Below are positions 1 to 9,949 of a DNA stretch of 64,000 bases, piece after piece (positions within the stretch are counted from its first letter, which is position 1; each line of letters starts with the position of its first letter). The stretch is from Octopus sinensis (lineage: Eukaryota): assembly GCF_006345805.1 (NCBI RefSeq), contig NC_042997.1, positions 22,816,001 to 22,880,000 on the forward strand, given 5' to 3'. The translations under genes were made by a program, and so were the position numbers. Under the pieces are notes generated by a model. That model ran no database searches. It saw only the letters and a program-made list of their open reading frames with translations, and was not told the DNA's origin.

Positions 1-294
1 GTTGTGTATTTCAACGTACATGTATCTTTAAAGTAATTTTTTGACAGAATCAGAATGTTACAATGTGTGACAAGGCTGGACCTTCACACGTACACTCTAC
101 ATAGCCCTCATCTACCCAATTTTATTCGCGAAGTTTGGATCAAATCAAAGCTGTAGTTAATGACACTTGCTCAAGATACCATGGAGGAACTTCTTAAACT
201 TTTGGTCATATTGTGTTCATTAGAATTATATAGTTCTATAGATTAAGTGTTCACATGGTTTTAATTTGTTTTAACTGATAGTTTTATTTTACAG

Positions 295-438
295 GGAGAT
301 ACTGTGGATTCTGAACACCTGTCTGAACTAACTGAAGAAGAATATGAAATCAATTTTGTAAAAACACATTTACGAGGCTTTTTACGTTTTGATGTAAAAT
401 ATTTAATACCTTTCTTTACAAGGCGTTTTACAAAACAG
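295..438 (+). CDS. SLC9A8: Sodium/hydrogen exchanger 8, penultimate coding exon
   Basis: acag|GGA...CAG|gt, 144 nt, translates GDTVDSEHLSELTEEEYEINFVKTHLRGFLRFDVKYLIPFFTRRFTKQ. This matches the NHE8 C-terminal tail motif (SEHLSELTEEEYE...D.KYL.PFFTRR) as I recall it. Confidence 0.93.
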
Positions 439-1195
439 GTTAGTCTATTTGTTTTACGGCTACATTTAAACAGTTTTTAAATTGCCTAAAGGTAACCATA
501 AAACTCTCTTGCCACTGTAAATGTATTGAATAAGTAATTACTTCTGGTTGCCATGATCTCTGATAACAGAGATTTCCTCAAAGTGGCTCCAGATCAGGAG
601 ATGCAAGCCATGGAAGGGGCAGTGCTTCCAGTGGTAGTGCTAACTGCTAAACTCCATCTGAGACTTGATTAACCCCAACTGAGTTACCTGAGTGAGGGTG
701 CCTGATATTGAAAGATTCAAACACTTAATGACTCCAGGAAGCATCACTATTGATGTCTCCAGGTGCATCACAGGATGATGTATGGAAAAACTTGTTCACA
801 AAAAGTGCTATAATATAAAATATGATAGCCATCAAAGCCATACAAAGAAGACAGAACCTTAAAATCTTACATATGGACTGTCTCTTGAAATCAATGTTTC
901 TCAACCTCTTGTAGCTCAGCAAGCCCTTTCACCAAATGGCATTTTACAAATGCTTTCCCAATATATGCAAATAAAAAGCAGCTGATTATTTTTATCAAAC
1001 AGAACTAATTTTGTTCATATTTTTTGTGCTATCCTATCTAGCATGTGTCTCTTAAATATTTGTGTGGATTTGTGACTCCTATGTTAAATTTTTATAGAAA
1101 TTACTAAAGAAAGTAAAATTTGTATATGTAGCAGTTTAAAAATACAAAAACTATTTCTTAGAATTAACCTTCAAAATAATTGTTTTATATTACAG

Positions 1196-1324
1196 GAAGT
1201 ACGTGAAGGTCGCACACAAATGGACAATTTAACAAACAAGTGGTACAAAGAAGTGCGGGCTGTTCCATCAGATTCCAATTCTGAAGAGGACACAGCTTTC
1301 ACACAAGAAACTATTTATCATTAA
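1196..1324 (+). CDS. SLC9A8: Sodium/hydrogen exchanger 8, last coding exon
   Basis: tacag|GAA...TAA in phase 0 with the previous exon; EVREGRTQMDNLTNKWYKEVRAVPSDSNSEEDTAFTQETIYH*, matching the NHE8 LTNKWY.EVR motif. Confidence 0.92.
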   Translation, partial: EVREGRTQMDNLTNKWYKEVRAVPSDSNSEEDTAFTQETIYH

Positions 1325-1562
1325 ACAAGTTAATCTTTGGAATTTATAATTTTTTTTTTTTTGTTAAGTAACAATCACTGTGATAAACAAAGCATCTGAT
1401 TTAATTTTAATTCATGAACAACACAAACTAATTTATTGTTGATCTTTTACAAAATATTTTTTCGTGGTATTTGTTTTGTAATCTTGAATTTTACTGTGGG
1501 CTGTTGATATTTTTTATAAAATGTAATTTGTAAATTGATTATAAATATTTAAAACTAATTCT

Positions 1563-1568
1563 AATAAA
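1563..1568 (+). terminator. Candidate poly(A) signal for SLC9A8
   Basis: AATAAA about 240 nt after the stop, followed by T/GT-rich sequence. A second AATAAA lies at 1881-1886. Not discriminating in AT-rich DNA. Confidence 0.35.
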
Positions 1569-1738
1569 AGGATGTTCTTTTGCAAGGTTAGTTTTATCAA
1601 TTTATCTCATTTGGAATCTGGATATCAACTTTTTTTTTAATGTATTTTTTTATATCAGTAAGATGGGAGAATTATTGTTAGTAGAGCTGGTATAAAGCCA
1701 GATGGTTATTGTCTTTGTACAGACATAATGTCAAGAGC

Positions 1739-1856
1739 CAAATGCCGACAGTCAAACTGCTGAAAGTCAAAATGTCAACAGTCAAAATGCTGATGGTCAA
1801 ATGCCAACAAGACAAAATTTTGATGGTCAAATTGTTGCTATTCAAAATGCGAACAG
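1739..1856. repeat. Degenerate ~15-bp minisatellite (CAAAATGYCRACAGT-like), about 8 units
   Basis: Repeating caaatgccgacagt / caaaatgtcaacagt / caaaatgctgatggt units. Confidence 0.7.
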
Positions 1857-3232
1857 ATTTTGTTTGCTTTTTTTTTATTTAATAAAAGTAATTAAAAATA
1901 ACTCAATTGGAGTAATATCTTAAATAGAAGAAGGATGTCAATAATTTGCATTTAATGAAAAAGCAAAATACCATATATGTCAGTATATAAGACAACTGGG
2001 TGTTGTAAAAACATATCAGTAGTTGCCAAAGCAGTGGTTAACTATCATCAACTGTTATACATTGCTAACAACTCACCATACACTTTAGGAATTAAGGTTC
2101 AAATTTTATACATATATGTATAAGATTCCTCCTATTTTGGAGGGGTAATTTTAAGGTTAAATTGTCAATTTATATACACTGGCATATATGGTGAATATAT
2201 TTTAAAACTAAACATAATAATAAGAAGGTTGCTAAAAATAATTTGTTTTAAAATTAAAGCAATTTATTGAATTGAATTGTGAACCATTGACTTGAAAAAA
2301 AACATGGGGGTTGATCAAATTATAAATTACAAGTTTCTTTTTAATACAATTGTTGACCTTGGTATATTTTTTTATTTATTCATATCACACTATCTCTAAG
2401 AGAGTGTTAGCTTGCTAAAAGTTTGTGTAGCATTATATCAGTTTCTTCATTATTAACATTGTACATATCTTGTCAGGGAACAAATACTAATATTCCAAGC
2501 CACCTGATGGAGGAACCATTTTCTACATTGAAATTATCTGTTGATCTCAAAATGCTGAATTTTGTGCTATAAACACTGGCTCAAGTGAAAATAGCAACTG
2601 TGGTAAATTTATTTATTGTGGTTTATTGCTGTTTGTTACAGCTATTTCAAAGTCCACTGTAAATGATTATGGATAAATATATCTCTCTTTATTGAAAATT
2701 ACATTATCTCTTTGTATTTATCCATGATAATATTTTAGTTTCAGAAACAATGGCATGAAGAGTATAAAACTGTATTCTGTGAGACTCTCAAGAAAATGTT
2801 CCATCACTTATCTACTTCTTTTCCATTACTACAACTTTTAAATTTTCCATTCATTGTTAAATAAATATCCTCACTTTCTAATAAAAAATTTATCAACTCT
2901 TGTTAAATATTTTGTTTCATTTTTTAACCTTCTTGTTCACCATCCACTACATGGTAATAAGTCTTTATGTGATAATGCACCACCTCATACACTTTAATGT
3001 AGTTTGCTCATACAATTGTTACTTACAGAAAGCAGGCATGAGTATGGCTTATGTTATTAAGAAGTTTGATTCCATTGTGTGGAACCTTGCACAAATGTTT
3101 TGTACTACAGCCAACCAAAGCCTTGTGAATAGGTTTGGTTGACTGAAACTGAAAGAAGTCCATCAGATGTGTAATTTTGTTTACATTTGCACTTCTCCAA
3201 AAATCACTGAGCAAGAAACACTGACATTGTTA

Positions 3233-3951
3233 TGAGGTTGGGTTGAAAAGTTCGTAGGCCAACTATGAAGGAGAAATGCTAGAGCTGTGAAATCTTGCAT
3301 GCATTAATTTCAACTCTTCTTATTAATAACTGCATTGTTTCTTTCCAGGTAAACTGACATCTCATTGTTCAAAGAACTCTTCAAAAGTAACTAGTAGTGA
3401 CTTTTTTTTGAAAATGGATGAAATTTGGCATCATTGTGTTATCATGTACTTGGTTTAGCCCCCAAGGACATGCATGATGACATGGTTGCTACATTAGGGG
3501 ATGAATCTCCAGCTTTATTAATAGTACAAGTGGACAGCTGAATTTTGGAGGGAAAGGGAGAGTCTTGAACATAACCCTCAGTCTGGTCGTCCTGCACTCT
3601 GCCATCATCAACCCAAACATTGATCGTGCTCACCATATGGTTTCAATGACTGTTGTGCATGACTAGCTTTGAACCAGTTGATCACCCTCTCTATTCTCCT
3701 GATTTCGCCCCATCTGACTTTTATCTGTTCCCCAACATGAAAAAACACTTGGCTGGGAACCAGTATTGCAATGATGATGACAACATATCTGCTAGTGATG
3801 ACAATTTCTTCACCAATGGGATCCAAGCACTGCAACACCGATGGGAGTAGTGTGTGAACTACAAGGTGGACTGTGTTGAAAAATGAACCACATTTGGTCA
3901 CATTCCTTGAGAATATCTTGGTCAGCCTACAGACTTTTCAGCTGACCCTCA
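3233..3951 (+). mobile_element. Internally deleted mariner (Tc1/mariner) transposon
   Basis: TA-flanked imperfect TIRs (TGAGGTTGGGTTGAAAAGTTCGTAGGCC vs TGAGGGTCAGCTGAAAAGTCTGTAGGCT). Transposase remnant HPLYSPDFAPSDFYLFPNMKKHL...NGIQALQHRW contains the mariner YSPDLAPSD motif. Confidence 0.9.
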
Positions 3952-4544
3952 TATTTCCCTTGTTAACAAATCATCCACTGTCTTTACACCTTCAAAGAAA
4001 GATGTGTGGAATAAAAGATCCTTTTGTTTAAAAAAAACCTATGAGAGTTAACAACAAGTAGGGCATCCAGCTGTGAAACAATGCTTCCATAATAGGTCTA
4101 ACCCATGCTTGCATGGAAAAATGGGTATAAAAATAAACAATGATGTTGCTTCATTTGATTGCACTCTGTATTGCTTCATGTTCTCCACTACTTTTTAAAT
4201 ATATATGACTTGGACTGGCAAATGTGAATGATTATGAGAAATCTTTTGTATAATATCAGCATTACAATCTTAGCTTTGCAATGTGATCATTTCTCACTGA
4301 ATATATTAGTTTTTCATTTTCTGTTGACATAGACATTTCCTATATACAAGAATTTTCAGCCATCTTTAGCACCAGTTACAAATTGTGATGTAGTAATAGT
4401 GGGTTGGGTACATGGAATATAAGGATATACATTAGACAGCTAAGTAAAATCACAGCCAGCCATCCATTCAGGCTTTTCATTTATGACCATGCCCTCACTT
4501 TTTCTTCCAGCCAAGAGGTCTCTGCTTTGCATGTGCTGATGCCA

Positions 4545-4755
4545 CATAAAATGCACTTGTGCCAGTGCCACATGACATGCATTTGTGTTGGTGTCATGTG
4601 AAATGCACCTAGCACACTCTGTAAAGTGCTTGGCATTAGGGAGGGCATCCAACTGTAGAAACCATACAAAACAGACAACTGGATTCTTGCCAGCTCCTGT
4701 CGAACTGTCCAACCTATGCCAGCATGGAAAATGAACTTTAAACAATAATGATGAC
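4545..4755 (+). mobile_element. RTE LINE 3' end fragment
   Basis: GGCATTAGGAGGGCATCCAACTGTAGAAAC...CCAGCATGGAAAATG core, the same as the 3' terminus of the RTE copy at 41700-44314. Confidence 0.8.
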
Positions 4756-4778
4756 AACATCTATTTCATGGCTAATTA

Positions 4779-5117
4779 AAGGGTAAAGACCCCCTTCGGT
4801 CATGAATGACCATGGGATTGCACCTAGAAAGTTACCCTCCTAGACACAAGTCCGGGCAAGGTTGTTTATGGAAGACCAGCAGTCGCCCATGCATACGGGC
4901 CTCCCCTCTCCACGCCACCAGTGTTATCCAAGGGAAAGACAAAGGTCGATACAGCTTGGAACCAGTGACGTCGCAACTCATTTCTACAGCTGAGTGAACT
5001 GGAGCAACGTGAAATAAAGTGTTTTTGCTCAAGAACACAACACGCAGCCCGGTCCGGGATTCGAGCTCACAACCTCACGATCGTAAGCTCGACGCTCTAA
5101 CCACTGAGCCATGCGCC
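4779..5117 (-). mobile_element. Full-length tRNA-derived SINE (OR-like octopus SINE) with 14-bp TSD
   Basis: Minus-strand head GGCGCATGGCTCAGTGGTTAGAGC...TCGAATCC (A and B boxes). TSD TTCATGGCTAATTA at 4765-4778 and 5118-5131. The family name is from recollection. Confidence 0.9.
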
Positions 5118-5309
5118 TTCATGGCTAATTACTACATTCAAATACATGCTTTCACAATTCCAGCTCATCTAGTTTTGGAAGAACTTCACATATTGTATGA
5201 AATATACTTCCTTACATGGTTAGTATTTTGCAAAATTGGCCCAAAAGGAGTACAAAAGCAAAACCACCATGACAAAGTAGCATTCTGAATTCACTGGTTG
5301 TTGTGTAGG

Positions 5310-5780
5310 AACTAAATGCTAGAATGTTCGAACAAGTGGTATGAGTAGCAACCTTTGCCAGTGGTAGGGAGTGATCAGATGAGACTCATGGGATCTGCCA
5401 TACTACACACATAAGCTGCAACATAACCAACGAAATATCACTCTCCAACATAGCTATACCCGCAGAGCTGAATATAGTGAAGATAAAGAACAAGAAAGTC
5501 AAAAAGTACCAAGACCTAGCATTGGAAATAAAATGCATCCATAGAGCCTCAAAACTAAGTGTGATACCCATTGTGATTGATGCACTTTGGACCATCTCAA
5601 AGAATACAATGTTCTGGCATCTGGCGTGTAAAGCTGAAAATACCAAAAACTTCATAGGAAGTACATAGTTGGCATCAATACTTGGAACAACATATGTGTT
5701 GAAGAAAGTGTTGCTTCTCTTAAGCTGCAAGAAGGAGCTGAAATAACCCAGGAAGAGAAAGATTAATAATAATAATTATA
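5310..5780 (+). mobile_element. 3' fragment of an RLE-type non-LTR retrotransposon (R4/Dong-like)
   Basis: KVKKYQDLALEIK...VIPIVIDALWTISK...ILGTTYVLKKVL resembles the restriction-like endonuclease C-terminus; the fragment ends in a (TAA)n tract. Confidence 0.7.
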
Positions 5781-5789
5781 CGTGCTTGA

Positions 5790-6015
5790 GAAGACTTGTC
5801 AAGCCAAGTGAAATCATAGTCATGACTGATGCCAGTAGCACACAAAAAGCACCTATTATATATACTCTTGGAGTGGCTGGCATTTGGAAGGGCATCCTGC
5901 TATAGAAACCATGCCAGACCAGACTGGAACTTGGTGCAGCTCTCCAGCATACCAGTTTCAGCCAAACCATCTAACCCATGCCAGCATGGAAAGCAGATAC
6001 TAAATGATGATGATG
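5790..6015 (+). mobile_element. RTE LINE 3' end fragment
   Basis: Same GGAAGGGCATCC...CCAGCATGGAAAGCAG core with a (GAT)n tail. Confidence 0.85.
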
Positions 6016-6547
6016 AATAGTTTTTTGAACTAGTGAAAGTTAGAGAGTGAAGGGGGAAGTTGTATGTATCATTGTGGTTGATAGTTTTCTCCCTCTGGCC
6101 GTTAGTCTCTAGTGACTGTCTACCTGTGGCCATCTCTGGTGGTCTCTGTTCACTGACTGAGTTTGGCTTACAGAGAACAATAGATTTCATTTGGGGTCAA
6201 CCTGTTATCTCAATTCCATTCTCCGCCGCATATAAGAGATTAGAAGGGTCACTTGGCAAAGACAAATCAGCCTAGCAAAGCCACATGTTAAATGTAACGG
6301 CTGTCACTATTGTTTCTCCATGAGAAAAGAGCTGTTTAAATATGGGAAATTTGCTGATTCAGGTTCGAATCTACACCATGCCTAAATGAAGTCACTACAA
6401 CCCATTTAGCCATATCAATTTCATCACTTTCACCTTTTATAGAATGCATGGAAAGCTGTGCCTCTCACTCAACCATAAACTTCCTCTTCAAGTGGTACTT
6501 GAAGTTGAGAGCCTGGTCCCATTGGAAAATCTTTGAATTCAATACCT

Positions 6548-6780
6548 ATTTCTTTATTACCCACAATGGGCTAAACATAGAGGGGACAAACATGGACAGA
6601 CATAGGTATTAAGTCGATTACATCAGCCCCAGTGCGTAACTGGTACTTAATTTATCGACCCCGAAAGGATGAAAGGCAAAGTCGACCTCGGCGGAATTTG
6701 AACTCACAACGTAACGGCAGCCGAAATACAGCTAAGCATTTCGCCCGACGTGCTAACGGTTCTGCCAGCTCGCTGCCTAA
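6548..6780 (-). mobile_element. tRNA-derived SINE (second family) with 12-bp TSD
   Basis: Minus-strand head GGCAGCGAGCTGGCAGAACCGTTAGCAC...GAGTTCAAATTCC. TSD AATTCAATACCT at 6536-6547 and 6781-6792. Homologous copy at 23487-23714. Confidence 0.9.
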
Positions 6781-7450
6781 AATTCAATACCTTTTAACTG
6801 CACCCACCACACAAATTCCTTCACTACAGCCATCAAGTAGATGAAATTAAGCCATCTTTCCTTATCAAAGGTCACTATACGCAACACAATTGGCTAATAG
6901 CTAGATCTGTCTAGCTAGTGTTGGCAATATATGGACATTGAACATATGCATGCAGAATGGTTTCATTACCCTGCCTGTTTCTCAGACAAATTCAGTTGCT
7001 GATGCTTCTATATCTCTTGAACTTATGCTAAACAGGCTATCATCTGCCACATTGTTAGGAAGAATTCAGGACCATTTACAAAATCCCTCCTAACACAGTT
7101 TTTCTACCCCAAGTTGTTTCCATTCTTTTATGACAATCATAAACACTAAGCAGATGAAAAGAGGAAAACGTATGAATATGAAAGTGATGGGTTAGTTAAA
7201 GCAAATAGGGGAGAATAGAAAGAGTGATGGGCAGTTTCATGTTTTGGATAGAGAGAAGAATGGAAGAATTAATATATGTGAGTGATGTATGTTAATGAGA
7301 ATGATGAACTGTCAGCAAAAAGTGATAAAAGAGAAAGTAATGTGAAAAAGTTGAGGATTTAATCAACAATGAATAAATTATTCTATGTCAACAAATAGTT
7401 ACATGGGGAGAGAGAAAGTGAAAGGTCAAAAGATAGCAATAAATGTGGGT

Positions 7451-7616
7451 GATAGTAAGACAGTGAATGAATGATAACGATAGAGACAGGCCAATATAAG
7501 AGATATTGGAGATGATGAAGTGATGTGCACATGATGGTAGATAGTAAGACAGTGAATGAATGATAACGATAAGGACAGGCCAATATAAGAGATATTGGAG
7601 ATGATGAAGTGATGTG
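7451..7616. repeat. Tandem duplication, 89-bp period, in purine-rich DNA
   Basis: GATAGTAAGACAGTGAATGAATGATAACGAT...GATGATGAAGTGATGTG occurs at 7451 and 7540. Confidence 0.85.
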
Positions 7617-8109
7617 TAATAAAGATTGATGGTAGAGTGAATACAAACAGATCTAATGCTATCCATCATTACACAGAGAGCATGGTACAGTGAATGATAG
7701 TTGAGTGAGTTTTGAAGAGGGCAGTAGGTAGAGAGTTAACTAGTTTTTTTTTTCATTATCTTTTTTTATTTCGGAGTATCATAGAAAAAAAAGTGAGAGG
7801 TTGAAGTTCATTATATTTCATATATAATATATTTAGTAGAAAATGAGCTGTTCCAGTGACATTTTCAAGGCCTCCTAGACAGGTGATATTGATGTAAATG
7901 ATGTTGATCTTGAACAGTTCTGAGAATGATGATTGGATGAAGAGTCAGAGTAAGTCTGGGAGATGAAACATATCAAGAGTGATTTGATAGAATAATGGAC
8001 AGGGTATGTAGTAAGTCAATTTTAGAGGACTATATGACATTATAATAGTAATACAACAGGTGATGTGAAAAAACAGCTCATCTATGAATTTGTTGATAAA
8101 TTAATTTTT

Positions 8110-8305
8110 AAGCACTGGTGTTGATGCCACATAAAAAGCACCAAGTGCACGCTGTAAAGTGGTTAGCATTAGGAAGGGCATCCAGCTGTAGAAACTATGC
8201 CAAAACAGACTATGGAACCTGGTTTAGTCCCTGACCTTGCCAGTTCCTGTCAAGCTGTCCAACACATGCCAGCATGGAAAACAGACATTAAATGTTGATG
8301 ATAAG
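8110..8305 (+). mobile_element. RTE LINE 3' end fragment
   Basis: AAAAGCACC...GGCATTAGGAAGGGCATCCAGCTGTAGAAAC-type core through CCAGCATGGAAAACAGAC. Confidence 0.8.
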
Positions 8306-8559
8306 GATTCAAATGATTTTCTTCTTGTTGCAGTCTGATATATTTTGTGTATGAAGCAGTAAGGCTGTTGTGCAGTTGTGTAAAGTAACTCAGTATGGTT
8401 CTTATTGTGCTATGATATTGGCAACGTAAAATATGTAGGGTTGCAATGAGGGATCAGCAGAGGCTGTGAAGCTTTGCATTTGCAGTAACTTTGAGAGTTT
8501 CAATTGCAAACTATTCATGATTGGAATGTGAGGCACAAAACTCCTTAATATATGTAGTA

Positions 8560-8780
8560 AGGGTAGCAAACTGGCAGAATCATTAGCACACCAGGCAAAA
8601 TGCTTAGCAGCATTTCATCCGTCTTTACATTGCGAGTCCAAATTCTTTTGTGATCAGCTCTGCCTTTCATTCCTTTTGGGATTGATAAAATAAGTACCAG
8701 TTGAGTACTGAGGTTGATCTAATCAACTTATACCCTCTCCTGAAATTGCTGGCCTTGAGCCAAAATTTGAAAGCAATATG
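8560..8780 (+). mobile_element. Diverged copy of the second SINE family
   Basis: CTGGCAGAATCATTAGCAC...GCCTTTCATTCC...ATAAAATAAGTACCAG aligns by eye to 23487-23714. Confidence 0.7.
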
Positions 8781-8955
8781 TGTAGTAGTTGAGTTTTTGT
8801 ACTCTTAAAAGACACAAGGCTTTTGTGTATCATTGATGATGATTCTCAAGATTCCTATTCAAACATATTGCGTGGTGTTACAAGTAAAAGCAACTGGTAG
8901 TAGGAATAATAGGAAAAGATGTCCTAATGAAAACGCCACGCTTGTTGGATTAAAG

Positions 8956-9228
8956 CAGTGGTTCCCAAACTTTTTTGGGCTGCTGCCCCCTTGATACCCA
9001 GGCCACATTCCTAGCACTCCCACTCCAGCTAACCATCACAAGCATAAACCTCTTTCTGAAGCAAATTCAAAGTAATTGTATTTCACAAATAAAACTTAAC
9101 CTAATGAACTCATTATTTTGATGTTTTTACATCAATCGCCACCCCATTATCGCCCCACTTTTCATTCAACACCCCTTTGGAACTTTCCATCGCCCCCATG
9201 GGGGCAATACCACCCGCTTTGGGAACCA
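8956..9228. mobile_element. hAT/Charlie-like MITE
   Basis: Begins CAGTGGTTCCCAAAC and ends TTTGGGAACCA (inverted); internal CGCCCCC/GGGGGC motifs. The right TIR is incomplete. Confidence 0.7.
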
Positions 9229-9589
9229 AAGTAAGTGAAGAGCATTTACAGCCATAATCAGTCAGTAAAGAATTTATGAAGAGCTGACCAATTAAATAAC
9301 TTGTCTGATCAGAACCAGTGAAAATGTCTATTCTGAGTTACATTTCAATGTAAGATTAGCCATAATAATGAAGTGGTAGTCTGGGGATGATGTGGACTTT
9401 CATTTTAGCTTTTCATGTGTTCTTGCCAGGCAAGTGATTTGATCTGAGGCTATGTGTTGAAACTAAGAGAATTGCAGTGTGAAAAACACATATTAGACAT
9501 TCAAAAACACAAAACTATTAACTTCATTTTAAACATTTATTGATATATGGTGTTGAAATTTTCCTCGTGTGAACTGCATGCAACCAGGT

Positions 9590-9923
9590 TGCTGACGAGG
9601 CTATATTGTATTATTTTAGATGTACACTTCAAATTCACCATTCAGAAAGCTCATAAAGAGCTGAGTATTTCTAAAAACAAAAAATAAACTAAATAGCCTT
9701 TCGTTTTTAACTCGTAAATAACGCTAATCTTCCATGGGTTTATTTTTCAATGAATGACTGGGAATGCAGTTTTAATTAGTATACAAGAGTTACCTTTCTT
9801 CTTCTCTCTCTCTTTCTCTCACCGCCCAAATTTGATCTTAATTAGCTCCCTTAGAGAACCTGTCATAACGGTGTAGCGTTTGCTACCTTAAAACGTCTTC
9901 TTTATCTCATCTGTAATGAAATC
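9590..9923 (+). promoter_or_regulatory. Putative SAC1 promoter and 5' UTR
   Basis: Lies directly upstream of the start exon; CT-rich tract at about 9795-9820; CpGs visibly more frequent than in the gene body. TSS not determinable. Confidence 0.5.
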
Positions 9924-9949
9924 ATGGCTGTTCATGAATCTCTCCGATT
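9924..9949 (+). CDS. SACM1L: SAC1 exon 1 (MAVHESLRL)
   Basis: Strong Kozak context atcATGG; phase-2 donor TT|gtaagt; joins exon 2 to give SLRLHITSEKF (human, from memory: QLKLHITPEKF). Confidence 0.85.

Noticed and set aside
1247-1249. SLC9A8 Lys (AAA) where human has Glu (WYEEVR), editable to GAA
   Set aside because: The position is in a variable tail, the context is not ADAR-optimal and no complementary sequence was seen; too weak to report.
5040-5117. tRNA-like sequence on the minus strand
   Set aside because: It is the head of a SINE flanked by a 14-bp TSD and continues into SINE body; not a tRNA gene. The same applies to the heads at 17520, 56206 and 6780.
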